64,000 nucleotides of DNA from Octopus sinensis (GCF_006345805.1 NC_043012.1:13640001-13704000), one strand, 5' to 3'; counted from the stretch's first letter, positions 1 to 13,094 are shown. Made by a program: numbers and translations. Notes: a model not told the origin generated them from the letters alone.

Positions 1-223
1 TATTCTACGGAACATATGTTGTCATGAACAGGAAACTCAGGTTTACCCAGCACAAAAAGTTACCAGATCCTCGCAACTTATTGTTAGCTCGGGTTGGCAT
101 CTCAAATCGACTTGAAAGGAAGCACGTTTATTGCCAGGATAATATATCGCATTAAACCCAAATACCCACAACGTTTTAGATAGTCCGAGTCTATAGTGGA
201 ATGCATTTTGCTCAATTTACGAA

Positions 224-293
224 GCAGTGGAACTGAACCCGGAATCACGTGGTTGGGAAGCAAGCTTCTTACCACACAGCCACGCCTGTGCCT
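224..293 (-). mobile_element. tRNA-derived SINE family A, 5' head only
   Basis: Reverse complement of the A-box/B-box head GGCGTGGCTGTGTGGTAAG...GGGTTCAGTTCC shared with the full copies. Confidence 0.7.
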
Positions 294-1899
294 ATGTGAA
301 AAAAATATGAAATGCTTTACGAATTTGTGTGCCACGCTTGTGCAGGGAAGATGCTATTCTCTGCATCGTTCCAGTTTTAGTATATGTACAGCCGATAATA
401 ATATCTACACTTCTCCTATTTCAAAATGTCGTGTTTCAAAATGACACCATTTTATTATATTACATGAAAATGTTAATATAAAATGCTACTCTAAACCAAT
501 TTTTGTGTAGCCTATACAGAAGAAGAATTTCAATGTCCCCAACATTTTACAGTTCATGAAAACTGAGAACAAAGCACTAACTCAAGCACTATATTACGAT
601 ATCGAGTTTTCCAGAAATATTCTGTTGTTTGGATACACAGATTTTGAAAAAAAAAACATACTAAAAATTTATAAGAAAAGCGTGTTAAAATACTATCAAA
701 ATAATACAAGATTGATGAATATTGAGGGAAATGTCAAGTAGAATATTTCATTTTGTATTTGGTTTGCAGGAATCTTGACGAGAACTTGTGTGCTGAAGCA
801 GATTTGTGTCTTGGGAAGGCTCCGTTATGGCAATAATAAACACACCCACAGGTTCTATTACATTTCGTTATTTTTAAATTCACAATTGCTTAACTTTTTT
901 ACTATTTAAGAGATTGTTTGATGAATCCTTCGATCAATCAATCAATCAATCAATCGATCAATCAATCAATTAGCTTGTTTGATTGGCTGGGTATTTATCA
1001 GCTACTCATTTGATTAATTGGTTAATTGGCTATGCAACTGGACAAACACTGATAGAAAAGTGAACGTTGAAAAGTGTATTTGTTTATTATTGTTTCCAGA
1101 ACGACACTTCCGAGATACAAAATAATATCTCGATTAGAAGGATACTATATACTGTATGTTTTGCTGTCCCATCAACCTCGAGATGTACAATGGATTTTCT
1201 GCCTTGATTAGTTTATGTAGAAATTGTAAATCTATAAGTTAGCTTACTTGAAGTATCAGAGAGAATGAAACGCAGGAAATAAAATGAAATAGAAACAATT
1301 ATAACGAGTTGTCTGTAAAATGTGTAGATGTATTTGGATACTTTGTATGAAAGCACTAAAGTAGGATTATTTCACATACAAGGAAGTTGGGAATACCGTA
1401 TTGGATAAGACACAGTTTAGTAAAAAAAATCAAAGCGAATGGCGGGGTTCAAAGTGGAAAAGGGAAATGATCTGAGATAAAAGAATTAATATCCGTGACG
1501 TAACTAAAAGCTAAAGCTTGATGCTGCTATAAAATGTGTTATAGAGGCGTCGACGTTTCTATTATAGCTTACGAAGCAGATACGATGTACTTATAAGAAT
1601 TGCTCCCTGATTAGACACAAGCCAGTCAGTTGCCCAGGAGAAATAGATGGAGCCCATACATTGAGTGAAACATCAGTTTATTTCCTTGGGAGGGATGAAA
1701 AACAAAATTGATTTCAATGGATGGGAACATAGAAAGAATACAGTTGGAAGAGTTATCGCTGACCTAGCGTCAGGCGTAACAGTAGTGCTAGAATCCTTGA
1801 TCTAAATCTCAAACAGGAAAGTGAGGTTTGAAAAATGTCAGATCGTGACGTCACACGAAACATCGTAGCAAGTGAGTGATTAAGGAACATCTCAATAAG

Positions 1900-2510
1900 G
1901 TTTTCTGCTTGAGACTGTTCTTGATTCGACGATCATTCGGAATGCTCACAGCAGCCATATTCCTACCGCTCTATATCACGCTGGTGAGACCCATATTGGA
2001 GTACGGGATTCAAGCCTCTTCTCCTTATCTCCTCAAAGACATACAGCATCTCAAAAGAGTCCAGAAGCTGGCAACCCGCATGGTTCTTGGTCTCAAGAAT
2101 TTGTCTTATGAAGAAAGGCTGAAGACGCTCAACCTTTATTCTCTAGAAAAACGATGACGCCGTGGTGATCTCATTCTTGCTCACAACATCATAAGCGGAA
2201 AGTGTAACCTCTCGAAAGAGCTGTTCTTCACGCCGGCCCCAGAGCGTCGGCTGCGGGGTCATTCCGAAAAGCTCTATCTGCGACGATTTCATCTCAATCG
2301 AAGGAGAGGGGCTCTCTCTGTCCGGGTTGCGGATCCGTGGAATAAGCTGCCGGACGAGATAGTGAAGATGCCGACGACCGCTCGGTTCAAAGTCTCCCTT
2401 GACCTCAAGTGGCCTGAACTCTTTACATGAACACCACCCTGTACATAACTCCATGTCCCCCTACATGGCCTTGCTTTTTGCTTTTTGAGCCAAAAAATTA
2501 ACTAACGAAC
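1900..2510 (+). mobile_element. CR1-clade LINE, 5'-truncated 3' fragment
   Basis: LYITLVRPILEYG...LSYEERLKTLNLYSLEKR*RRGDLI...PWNKLP C-terminal RT motifs, followed by a TAAC-like tail. Confidence 0.85.
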
Positions 2511-2982
2511 TAGAGATACTCAACGGATGTCGTTTTAACTACAGGCTTAAAATTTTCATTCAAAATACATGAAATAACAACATGAAGAGACAAACGCTAT
2601 CAATTGTGCCAACAATATTCTTATTTCACGTCATTTTAGGACTTGGGTACCTTAACATCATTGTTTTCATTCATATACACGTAGTTAGACTTTATAGCGT
2701 CTAAAACGGCAGGCAATTTAACAGTAGCAGAATCACCACCCCACTACATCTACATGCAGGGAAACAGTTGCATAACCAATTACCTGAATACCTTGAAAAC
2801 TTGGTTGCGTGGAAAAAATTGTAGTAATAGAAAATAAATGTCCAACTGTACACCTTCTTGTTGACTCTAATTTTTTTCAATTATCTATTCACACACGACA
2901 GATGCCCAAACGCAAACCTGAAGGTAGACGAGCTTTTATACTATACTCTACTACATTCTTCAGAGAATATACATAACCTAAA

Positions 2983-3208
2983 TATGTGTGTGTGAATGTG
3001 TATGTGTTTGTTTCTTTGTGCCTGTGCTTGTCCCACCTATCACCAACTGAAAACTTGTGTTGGTGTGTTTACGTCCCCGTAAATTAGCGGTTCAGCAAAG
3101 GAACCAATAGAATAAGTATCAGGCTTACGAAATAAGTTCTGAAGTCAATTTGTTCGACTACAATGAGGTGTACAACAGCAGGGCCGCTGTCAAAGGACTA
3201 GTGAAAGA

Positions 3209-3210
<2 letters not shown>
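2983..3210 (+). mobile_element. SINE family A, 3' half (diverged)
   Basis: GGTGTGTTTACGTCCCCGTAAATTAGCGGTTC...ATAGAATAAGTA body matches the other copies. Confidence 0.7.
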
Positions 3211-3248
<38 letters not shown>

Positions 3249-3265
3249 TTATATATATATATATA

Positions 3266-3476
3266 GTTAATCCAAGCATGAAAACAAAAAGAGAAAACAC
3301 AACAACGCGAGGACGTGGAACAAATATAGTATTATAGGACGCTCAGGAAAGAAGGAAAGTAGGAGGGTTTAACGTTTCGAGCGGAGCTCTTCGTCGAAAC
3401 ATAGGAGAAGGAAAATCCCGACAAGGGAAGACAGAGGGAAAAAAATAAATTGACAACGGTACACACGCGGTCACAT

Positions 3477-3480
<4 letters not shown>
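3266..3480 (-). mobile_element. Penelope-derived short element with a degenerate minimal hammerhead, between microsatellites
   Basis: Minus strand GTTTC-GACGAAGAGCTCCGCTCGAAACGTTAAAC at 3367-3400. Homologous to 26100-26370. Confidence 0.6.
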
Positions 3481-3535
<55 letters not shown>

Positions 3536-3555
3536 TATGAATATATGTACATATA

Positions 3556-3947
3556 CTCTTTACTCTTTTTACCCTTAATGTTTCAGTCATTTGACTGTGG
3601 GCAAGCTGGAGCATCGCCTTAAGTAGAACAAATCGACCCCAGAACTTATTCTTCGTAAGCCTAGTACTTATTCTAACGGTCTGTCTTGCCGAACTGCTAA
3701 GTTATGGAAACGTAGACACACCAACACCGGTTGTCAAGAAGATGGTGGGGATGGAAAGACAGGCACAGAAACTCACACACACACACACACACACACAGAT
3801 ATATATTACGGGCTTCTTTCAGATTCCGTCTACCAAATCCAGTCACTGGTTGTAGCAGAAAAAAACTGCCGGAGGTTCCCTTCAGTGGGACTGAACACAG
3901 AACCATGTTGTTGGTAAGCAAGCTACTATTACACAGCCACTCCTGCA
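3556..3947 (-). mobile_element. SINE family A, full length
   Basis: tRNA-like head, internal (CA)n, conserved body and (TTTACTC)n tail. Confidence 0.85.
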
Positions 3948-4049
3948 TATATTATATATATATGTATGTATGTATGTATGTATATGTAATATATATGTAT
4001 ATATATGTTATATATATGTAGTATGTGTATATTATTATATTATATTATA

Positions 4050-4081
<32 letters not shown>

Positions 4082-4139
4082 CTATATATCCATATATATA
4101 TATATAAACATGAGGGACTTTCCCATAATTACACGATGT

Positions 4140-4352
4140 TTGGCGGTTCGGCAAACTCTTGCGGAACACAGATGATTTGTTTACACTGATCAAATGTCTT
4201 TGTACGCAAGCACACTCCCGCCATCATATCGGTATTACCTGTACAGGTGCAACATGTGCCATATTTGAGGTGACGAAATGATCGCAGTGCAACGTGAAAT
4301 GAAGTGTTTTGCTCAAAAACACAACCCAACGCCCAGTCTGGGAATCGGTGAT
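4140..4352 (-). mobile_element. SINE-like repeat fragment (family D)
   Basis: TTCCCAGACTGGGCGTTGGGTTGTG.. B-box-adjacent segment and ACCTGTACAGGT body, also seen at ~22790-22880. Confidence 0.45.
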
Positions 4353-5049
4353 GCAGTCAAGTTTCAAGAGTTTAGTACCTTAATAAGTAACAAGGCTCGA
4401 AATGTGCAGAAATAAATATTTTCTCGGGTCCTCAATTGATGTGTATGCAGAACATCAAAGATTTGACACACTGTGATATTGAGGCCGCCTCAGTTTTACG
4501 TTGGTAGTTATTTCTGTGTAAATTAGAGTGACCTGAAAAGTAAAGGTTTGCGCGAGGACACAACGCAAGTGTCAAGAATCAAAGCTTCATACATATAATA
4601 GTGAGCAGAAATTCTAATCACAAAAGGACGGGATCCCTCTTATAATCTATATATAAATATGTATGCGTGAAATCGTGTGTTTTTGTGTGTGCGGGGCGTG
4701 AGTTCTCTTCTGTTTTTGATTATTTGAAATTTTATTCTGAGGATAGAGAGATTCTTTCTAACAAATATACAAATCCTTGTCGTGAGAATGTAATAATTAA
4801 AACAAAATTCACATTGTAAATTCGAGAAAAGTTTTGCATATTTTTAGTTTGTTGTTGCAACGTGTGAATTATTTGATTCTTTCTCTGAAAGTTTTAAGTT
4901 ATTCAGTTTATCACTTAGCCATTTATTCACAAAACCAAGTGCATCAATTATTACAGGTATAGATTTTAATTTGTAATCTAGACTTAGCAACTGGAACTTT
5001 CGAAAGAGTTATCTGCATCTATTCTCTTTCTCATTTCTTCAACAGATAT

Positions 5050-5660
5050 TCACATTAACAGGCAGCGGACCTTCATAACCTTTCTTCTCTGTCCAAAACA
5101 ATATCCGGCCTAGTCTGTTTACACTATGCAGCAGCTTTCAAGGGGATGTTCCACCAATGTTCTTCCTAATAACACTTTCTTAAATCATGTTCCCACCTAA
5201 CTGGAGGTCTTCAGAGTTGTCTTTTCCGTTTGCACAGGTACTACTGCACAACTGCACGGGTCCGGCGATTGTCTGTGAACTTTGCAACATGACCGGCCCA
5301 GAGCTTTGGGTGATGCTATTCCTCGGCGACGCCCTTCACTCCAGTTTTTCTCTGATCTTCTCTTTCCGGCCTTCATCTCTTAGAGAGATTCCCAACATCG
5401 CCCTTTACATGGCTCTCTGCGCTGTAAGCAGAAGTTGTTGTATCTTCGTCAAGCCCGAAGTCTCACATTCGCATAGCATTACAGGCAAGACTGCGTTGTT
5501 GAAGAGATTGGTGGGAGTTGCCTTGTCCACTTTCGCCTTCAGCACATCCTTCACCGAGTTGGTCACTCTCCATCCTGTTCTTACACTTCGCGAGATCTCG
5601 TTCTCCGTCTTTCACCTCATAGTCAATTCTTACCGAGATGCCTACACCTGCGTTTTAGTG
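5050..5660 (-). mobile_element. RTE-clade LINE, C-terminal RT fragment (pseudo)
   Basis: Minus frames: NEISRSVRTGW..LFNNAVLPVMLCECET..AQRAM*RAMLGISLRD..WAGHVAKFTDNRRT..RPPVRW, typical of the RTE C-terminus. Confidence 0.8.
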
Positions 5661-6649
5661 TAGCATTTTAGCGTGAAATAATTTGACAATTGGTGCTTCT
5701 TTGGGATCTCATTTGTATCAGTCCGATGGCATTGTATGTTTGTATGCTTAATTTGTAACCCTTTATTACTAAGTGTCTTTTGAAATTGTATTTTCGAGCT
5801 ATTAAATTTGTATCGATGATATCGTGATATTTTTGCTTCCGTCTCTCTGAGTCTTGTCATGGGATTCCACTATTTTTAAAAAGTGAAGCCTTTGAACTAG
5901 CGTTTAGTTTTGTTGCTTGTTTGTTTGAGCAATAAGAAGATATTGTTAATGAACTTCTTTGTTGCTTGGATATACTTACGGATATTTCGATATAAATTTG
6001 ACTTGTAAGATTGTTCATGTGAAATAACAATGTTTAAAAATTTTATTTCGAGCATTCATCTAGCAGTAAACTGTCGTTTTATTCATATTAGTTTGTTGCA
6101 GGAATATCATATGTTTCATCTCCACAATATTTTAGAAAATATAGAAATTATTTGCATCGTTTGTGATGAATGTAATAGTTTATCTCACGAAGTAGGATGT
6201 ATTATTTTGCTTTGATTAATGTTAGTTTGAATTTTTTTGTTCTGTGAATTTGAGAATAGCTACAGAGTTACAGAAAAGATGGAAGTAATACAGAGTTTAA
6301 ATATGATTAAGTTACTTGTAAGAAGTGGAGACATCGAAATGTTGTTATCAAGCCATTCCTAGTTTCGATCTCTCAATTGCCTCTACTTCAAAGATTGCTT
6401 ATCTGAAACAGAATATTCAGACACGTATTATTTCGAGTGTAATTGGACCAGTAAAATTACATACACTGGTTGCAGTTCCCTTATTCATTGTAAACATAGA
6501 ATATTACTTGTCGATTACTTTGTCAAGCGAGTTCAATCAGGCATCAGTGGTCTAATCAATGATTTGAATACACCTTCTTGAGGAACTTATCTCAAGAATT
6601 TGTCAAAATCCCGAATAATCTTCATGCTAAATTTGTTACAAGATATTCT

Positions 6650-7185
6650 TTTCTACTCTAGGCACAAGGCTCGAACTTTTGGGGGATGGAGATAGTCAAT
6701 TAAATCGACCCGGTACGCAACTGGTAATTAATTTGACGACCCCGAAAGGATGACAGGCAAAGTCGACCTCGGCGGAATTTGAACACAGAATGTAAAGACA
6801 GGCGAAATACCTATTTCTTTATTACCCACAAAGGGCCAAACATAGAGGGGACAAACTAGGGCAGACATAGGTATTAAGTCGATTACATCGACCCCAGTGC
6901 GTAACTGGTACTTAATTTATCGACCCCGAAAGGATGACAGGCAAAGTCGACCTCGGCGGAATTTGAACACAGAACGTAAAGACAGACGAAATACCTATTT
7001 CTTTACTACCCACAAGAGGCTAAACACAGAGAGGACAAACAAGGACAGACAAACGGATTAAGTCGATTATATTGACCCCAGTCCGATTATACCGACCCCG
7101 AAAGGATGAAAGGCAAAGTCGACGTCGGCGGAATTCGAACACAGAACATAAAGACAGACGAAATACCGCTAAGCATTTCGCCCGT
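6650..7185 (-). mobile_element. SINE family B, head-to-tail trimer
   Basis: Three copies of the GTCGACTTTGCCTG/TTCATCCTTTCGGGGTCG core, joined by AAAGAAATAG|GTATTTCG junctions. Confidence 0.85.
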
Positions 7186-7825
7186 ACAGTTAATGTGGTT
7201 AGTAATATTAATTAACTCGAAAAATGATATGTTCAACAGCAATAAAGTTTAGAATACAAACAGTCATAAACATATATACACAGTCATACGTACCTATATA
7301 CTTATATGTGTGTATGTTTGTATGTGTGTAGATATGTGTGTGGGTATGGCAGTGTAGGAATGAGAGTGTAGCAATATTTGGATTTGTTTGCGTAGGGAAA
7401 CATTGTGAAATCGTTAGTGACTTGCCTGCAGTACCAACCTCAATAGATGTGGTTACATTCTGCTGCATCCATTCGTTTCTTTATTCCTTTCGTAGTACAA
7501 ATCTTGAACGCATATAGCGGTGTAGTCACAATATTTATTGACAAATATAAATCCATGCGTTTGTGTTGCCGTGTTTCCGCGTGAGTGTGCGAGATGAAAT
7601 AAATTGATATAATGTTCCATAAAATTCGGTTTAGAAACAATTTTACACTACATTAACCGATTTATATTTTGTTTGTGAAAGAAATCTTATACAAAACTTA
7701 CATCGTATATCAAAAAATTTGAAGTATAGATGCCTTCACTCTGTTTTTCTTTGTCTCTTGCTGTATATGATGCTGTTAACCCCATAGTGTATGTATGTAT
7801 ATGTATGTATACATGTATGTATACA

Positions 7826-9080
7826 TATAAAGGTGCTATCAAAACGTCCCTGGACTAGTTATACTTAATAACAAAAATAACTTAAATTTTAGAATCATCT
7901 TCAAAATAGTCACGTTGCACAGCAATACAGCGGTCGCGGCGCTCCTGCCACATTCGGAATCCGGACTGGAAGTCGTTTTCCGTAAGGGATTTGAACACCT
8001 CCTACGATTCATTCTGGATTTTGACAGGGGTATTAAAACGGTGACCTTTGAGCTGTACTTCCATCTATTTTGATCTTAGAGAAGAAACAGAAACCTGCAG
8101 ATGCCAAATATGGTGAATTGGGCATGGTGCGAAAGCGATACCATGTTGTTTTGGTCGGGAAACACAAGAGAGGAGAACTCGATGACACAGTGCATTGTCA
8201 TCATGAAGACTCGAATTCTTTGCACTCCACAGATCCGGTCGCTTTCACAGAATGTCCTCCCTGAAGCGCTTCAAAACATGGCAGTCTGAATTTTGATTGA
8301 CGGTCTAACCCTGGGAAACCAATTCCCGATGCACATTAACGCAGATGTCGAAGATAGGGATGAGAATGTCGTGGCTTCTTCGATCGTGGACATGAAGGCC
8401 TCTTCCATTGGGACGATTGCTGCTTCGTCTCAGGGCCATACCCGTAGTTCGAACTGTAGCCACTGGTGATGATCCTCGGAATAAAGGATAGGCCATCAGC
8501 GGTACGCTGACGGTAATCTTGACCGGCATGAATGTGATATCCTTTCTGCTCACTGATTATCAGACGGGGCAAAACTTGGCAAAGACATGCCGCATGTTCA
8601 ATTAAGAAGTTAGCATTGCCCACACGGTCCCTTAAGAGAGAGCAACAACATCAGAAATGTCGACAATTGTCCTTCATCGATTCTCACGCACATTTTCGAG
8701 GGTGATCATTATGGCAAGTCTTCCAGATCGCTCAGCGTCTTCTAGGGACACTCTTCCGCTTTTGAAGCGCCCGTGCCACTCGAAACATTACATAAATCAA
8801 TTGCCTCGCGCCGTAAGCTTCAGGAAGCATGCTTAATGTCTCTATAGTAGACTTCCTCAAAATTTCACTTAGGCTCTTTGTTCCAACTTCCTGTCCATGG
8901 CAAAATCAGCTAACATATCATCACAAAAACACAACTATCACAAGATAGACAGAGCAACATCACTCAGCACACTTCCCAGTGGAGGTCAACGCTACCTCTC
9001 ATTGTACACGGAATCACATGTTGCTACCTGTCGGCGTGCCGCAGAACTAATCCTGGGACTTCTTGATACCACCTCGTTTA
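7826..9080 (-). mobile_element. Tc1/mariner transposon, near full length, inactive
   Basis: Matching ~30-bp TIRs (AGGTG[C/G]TATCAA..GTCCC.GGA.TAGTT) at TA sites. Transposase remnants: FEWHGRFKSGR, ELVSQG*TVN, LHDDNA, PNSPYLASAGFCFF. Confidence 0.85.
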
Positions 9081-9133
9081 TACTACACATAAACACATAC
9101 ATATATAAGCATAAATATATATATATATACGTA

Positions 9134-10092
9134 TATATCAGGTCATCCCATAAGGTCTGTCTGAATTTTGAATAAAGAAAACAAGTGATCAAATATTAAG
9201 TTTAATTAAAATTTAATCATCAGTGTACTTTCCCTGATTATCTATATCTTCCTTCCATCTATTTACAACTTTTTAATCCCATCAATGTAAAACTCTTTTG
9301 GTTTCAAAGCGAACAACTCTGAAATGTTAGTTTCGACCTCCTCCCTGCACGTGAAAGTTATGTCCCCCAAACGATTCTGTAAACTACGAAACAAATGGTA
9401 GCCTGAAGGAGAAAGGTCGGGAAAATGAGGTGGATGAGGACTTTTTTCCCTGCCAAGCTTTTCAATCTTATGTGATGTGATCTTTGCAGTGTGGGGTCGC
9501 ACAGTGTCCCGAAGAAACATCACTCCTTTTCTATTCACTAAAGTGGGTCTTTTTTCTTCAAAGGTTGGTATAAACGCCCTAATTGCTGAGAGTAGACTTG
9601 AGCATTGATTTTAGGTGGTAATAATTCAAAATGAATTACACTTTTGCAATCCCACCATATAGAGTGAAACTTTTTTTTTCCATGAAATTCCCTTCTCGGT
9701 TGTGGTTGAGTTTTTCCCTTTTCCAAGCCACTGTTTACGGCGTTTAAAATTTTGATAGAAGATCCATTTTTCGTCATCAGCCACAAGTCTATCCAAAAAG
9801 GGTGAAATGAGTTCACGAGAATGGAGAGAAGAACAGAATAAAGCTAATATAATAGCATGGACAGGATAAATTATCCATATCGTGCAGAAAAAGCTGACAG
9901 CTGACAGCGGCCAGCCATGAGACTCGAACTCACATCCCTGTGAGCAAAACATTGTGTATCTGCAATGGCTATATCATTATATGGAAATTCTCAACAGTAA
10001 AAATCTCGAAGAATTTCAGTCCGTAATCTCATTAATATTTTCAAATTTTCAGCTCATTATTTCGATAGTTTTATGAACTTATACGATGTAGC
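9134..10092 (-). mobile_element. Second mariner (different subfamily), internally deleted, inactive
   Basis: FLDRLVADDEKWIFY, WWDCKSVIHFELLP, NRKGVMFLRDTVRPH and PHPPHFPDLSPSGYHLFRSLQN. Left TIR CAGGTCATCCCATAAG; right TIR degenerate. Confidence 0.85.
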
Positions 10093-10159
10093 TTCTCATA
10101 TGTTGCTAAAACTTGCCCAAAGTAACACAAATTTATTATATTAAAAATATGAATTTCAA

Positions 10160-10470
10160 GCTGTTATATATGTTCCTTTATTGCCCACAAGGGGCTAAAC
10201 ATCGGCGGAATTTGAACTCGGAACGTAACGGCAGAGGCAATACGGCTATCAAGATATTATATATATTTCCTTACTGCCCACAAGGGGCTAAACACAGAGG
10301 GGACAAACAAGGACAGACATAGGTATTAAGTCGATTACATCGACCCCAGTGCGTAACTGGTACTTAATTTATCGACCCCGAAAGGATGAAAGGTAAAGTC
10401 GACCTCGGCGCAATTTGAACTCAGAACGTAACGACAGACGCAATACGGCTATCAAGATGTTATATATTTA
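10160..10470 (-). mobile_element. SINE family B with local partial tandem duplication, just 3' of CR-A
   Basis: Family B core. CAATACGGCTATCAAGAT.TTATATAT occurs twice (~10238 and ~10441). Confidence 0.8.
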
Positions 10471-10525
10471 TTCACCCGTCGTTCTAAATCTACTATTATG
10501 ACGTATTGCTCATCTAGTTTTTCTT

Positions 10526-11719
10526 CTATTCTATACACAAGAAAGAAGTAAATAATATTGAAGTTATTACTGTTACTACAATGCTAATTTTCAGGAATGC
10601 CTCATCAAGTCGAAAATATTCGGTTATACCACATTTTCTTTTCGTCTTTGATTTTGAGTTCAAAGTTACGGGATCGATCTCTCTCGTGGAAATTGTTGAA
10701 ATATCCGCAATTTTGTTGCTTCGAGATTTGTATGTCGTTTGATCTGGGACATTCGATGTCTTTTCATCAGATGACTGAATGACATACAACTTGCATATAA
10801 TCACCGACCCGAGTGTTGCGATTCCACTTAAGAATGATAATAGCATCAAGTATGTCATAAGAAGTGAAGGGAATTTGGAATTCTTCGGTGTAGTTTTCTC
10901 GATTTCAACAAGATACAAGACGTTTGATAAAAATATTGTCGTAGCTAGAGAAACTTTTTCCCCTGATTCCGGAGGTAGAACGAAGACAAATATAGTCAAA
11001 ATAGTCATCATTATTGTTGGAATCAGCATAGCTACAATAGCTATTGTGAGTTTACGTCGTAAATGCAAATCAGCAACTGCAAAGCTGAATCTGTGGTCGG
11101 TAGCATTTTTCATACCATTGTAGTCGATGTCCCACTTATAGTTTTGGGAATAATTTAAATCCTTATATGTAAGTGACATTATTCTGGTATGGACAGGCTC
11201 ATGCAAAGCAACGCAAATGAATATTTCGCACTCATGCTGGTCAAACGGATAGGCGAAAGCATTGAAAGAGCAGTAGGTTTTCAGCAGTTTTAGTGACCGC
11301 ATTGTGACACGTCCATTATTAGAAACTTTTACTTCCTGAAAGATGCCTTTCTCTTCTGATTCCTTCATTGAATTGCACATTGCGATTTCTGGTGTCCACA
11401 GCTTATCTTTTTCTAGGTACATAACTGTAATGTTGTTGTAATCCAATGGATTCCAAGTCAGAAATTCGTCAGTCCATTCTAGACCAAAGTCGTACCGAGC
11501 TATAACTATGTTATTTACAAAGTCCAAACCATAGAATGTGTGAAGAAATAAAACAGCTTCTATATTGATAGTTGTAGATGAATCAATAACAGGCCTCACA
11601 CTTTTGCTATAATTAGATAATAAAGTCGCTTGTAATAATGTTTCATCATTGTACATGGGGCTCGAAATTACTATAGATATAACCGGTATCAGAATCAGAA
11701 AATATTTGTTTGACATCAT
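10526..11719 (-). CDS. Chemotactile receptor (CR), atypical Cys-loop ligand-gated ion channel subunit, single exon, 397 aa (here CR-A)
   Basis: Intact ORF with signal peptide, WTPEIAMCN loop A, Cys-loop C-SFNAFAYPFDQHE-C (13-residue spacing), M1-PESGEK-M2 (VSLATTIFLSN), M3, short intracellular loop and M4. No loop-C vicinal Cys and no introns. Confidence 0.95.
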   Translation of the reverse strand: MMSNKYFLILIPVISIVISSPMYNDETLLQATLLSNYSKSVRPVIDSSTTINIEAVLFLHTFYGLDFVNNIVIARYDFGLEWTDEFLTWNPLDYNNITVMYLEKDKLWTPEIAMCNSMKESEEKGIFQEVKVSNNGRVTMRSLKLLKTYCSFNAFAYPFDQHECEIFICVALHEPVHTRIMSLTYKDLNYSQNYKWDIDYNGMKNATDHRFSFAVADLHLRRKLTIAIVAMLIPTIMMTILTIFVFVLPPESGEKVSLATTIFLSNVLYLVEIEKTTPKNSKFPSLLMTYLMLLSFLSGIATLGSVIICKLYVIQSSDEKTSNVPDQTTYKSRSNKIADISTISTREIDPVTLNSKSKTKRKCGITEYFRLDEAFLKISIVVTVITSILFTSFLCIE

Positions 11720-12589
11720 TTTTCAGAATTAATTCCGAATTGAAATTTCAGTGTTTCCGTGTGTAATTTAATATTGTCATCTTATGAATTTAGATTACTG
11801 GTAATTTTATAATTTGTTCAATTATCTTGAATGAAAGAAAAGCAGTTATTAAATTAATTGTAATATGATATATTTCTAATATCTGGAATACGGGCAAGTA
11901 ATTTCGTTACTCATAAAGGCATCAAAGACATGATTATCAAAATATGCTGCGGATAAACCTTTCTGATTTTCGTTTTAAAGTATGAAACTAATAAATTACT
12001 ATTGTGTTATTGGTGAATTTTTACACGAGAGATGTGAACAGAATTTACCAGTTTGCAGAAGGTTTCTCATTTAAATACGTCAATTTTGTAAATTTCATTA
12101 GATTAATTGGCGAATTATATTAGGTATATTCCCATATTAGCGAATTTAGTCTCAACTGGAAATTATGTTAGTAAATATGTTCCGTGTGACAAAATGTACG
12201 CTGTATTTCCATTGTTGATATGTAAAATAGCAGATTGTCGTGCATATGTGTATGTGTGTTGATAAAGAAACGAATTACTCCCAAACCTGTATGTGATCCT
12301 CAAAATAATGGGTTGAATCAGCAATCTGAAACAAAACGATAATTCATTATATCCATCATACAAACTCATTACGCTTGAAAAACACATATGTACTATGTTT
12401 CTGTTGACCATCTTCCAACCATTACACTCAATGACATAAATATAGCAATATTAAAATAATGTAAAGTACGCAACGATACGTTTACTAAGTAATGTGCATC
12501 ATCAGCATCACTCTTAGTGGGAAAATACGAAATGGTTCAGAGCTACGTAACTCTAATGATCTCAAGATTTGTCCGAGTATAGACATACT

Positions 12590-12818
12590 CCTATTTCTTT
12601 ACTACCCACAAAGGGCTAAACACAGAGAGGACAAACAAGGACAGACAAACGGATTAAGTCGATTATATCGCCCCCAGTGCGTTACTGGTACATATTTAAT
12701 CGACCCCGAAAGAATGAAACGTAAAGTCGACCTCGATAGAATTTGAACTCAGAACGCAACGGCAGACGAAATACTGCTAAGCATTTCGCCCGGCGTGCTA
12801 ACGCTTCTGCCAGCTCGC
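12590..12818 (-). mobile_element. SINE family B, near full length
   Basis: Head GCGAGCTGGCAGAAGCGTTAGCACGCCGGGCGAAATGCTTAGC through tail AAAGAAATAGG. Confidence 0.85.
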
Positions 12819-12824
12819 AGAGTT

Positions 12825-12879
<55 letters not shown>

Positions 12880-12890
<11 letters not shown>

Positions 12891-13094
12891 TGCTTGTCCC
12901 CCTAGCATTGCTTGACAACCGATGCTGGTGTGCTTACGTCCCCGTCAATTAGCGGTTCGGCAAATGAGACCGATAGAATAAGTACTGGGCTTACAAAGAA
13001 TAAGTCCCGGGGTCGATTTGCTCGACTAAAGGCGGTGCTTCAGCATGGCCGCAGTCAAATGACTGAAACAAGTAAAAGAGTAAAGAGTAAAGAG

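Noticed and set aside
6650-7185. Regularly repeated units resembling a CRISPR array
   Set aside because: The context is eukaryotic. The units are ~185-bp SINE monomers with no unique spacers and no cas genes.
10779-11123. Plus-strand ORFs overlapping the CR genes (also 10597-10782, 37484-37762, 44420-44623)
   Set aside because: They are antisense shadows of conserved CR codons and have no independent motifs.
12041-12052. Upstream motif as a conserved 5' UTR splice donor (CTG|GTAAAT in CR-A)
   Set aside because: The GT is not conserved in CR-B or CRT1.
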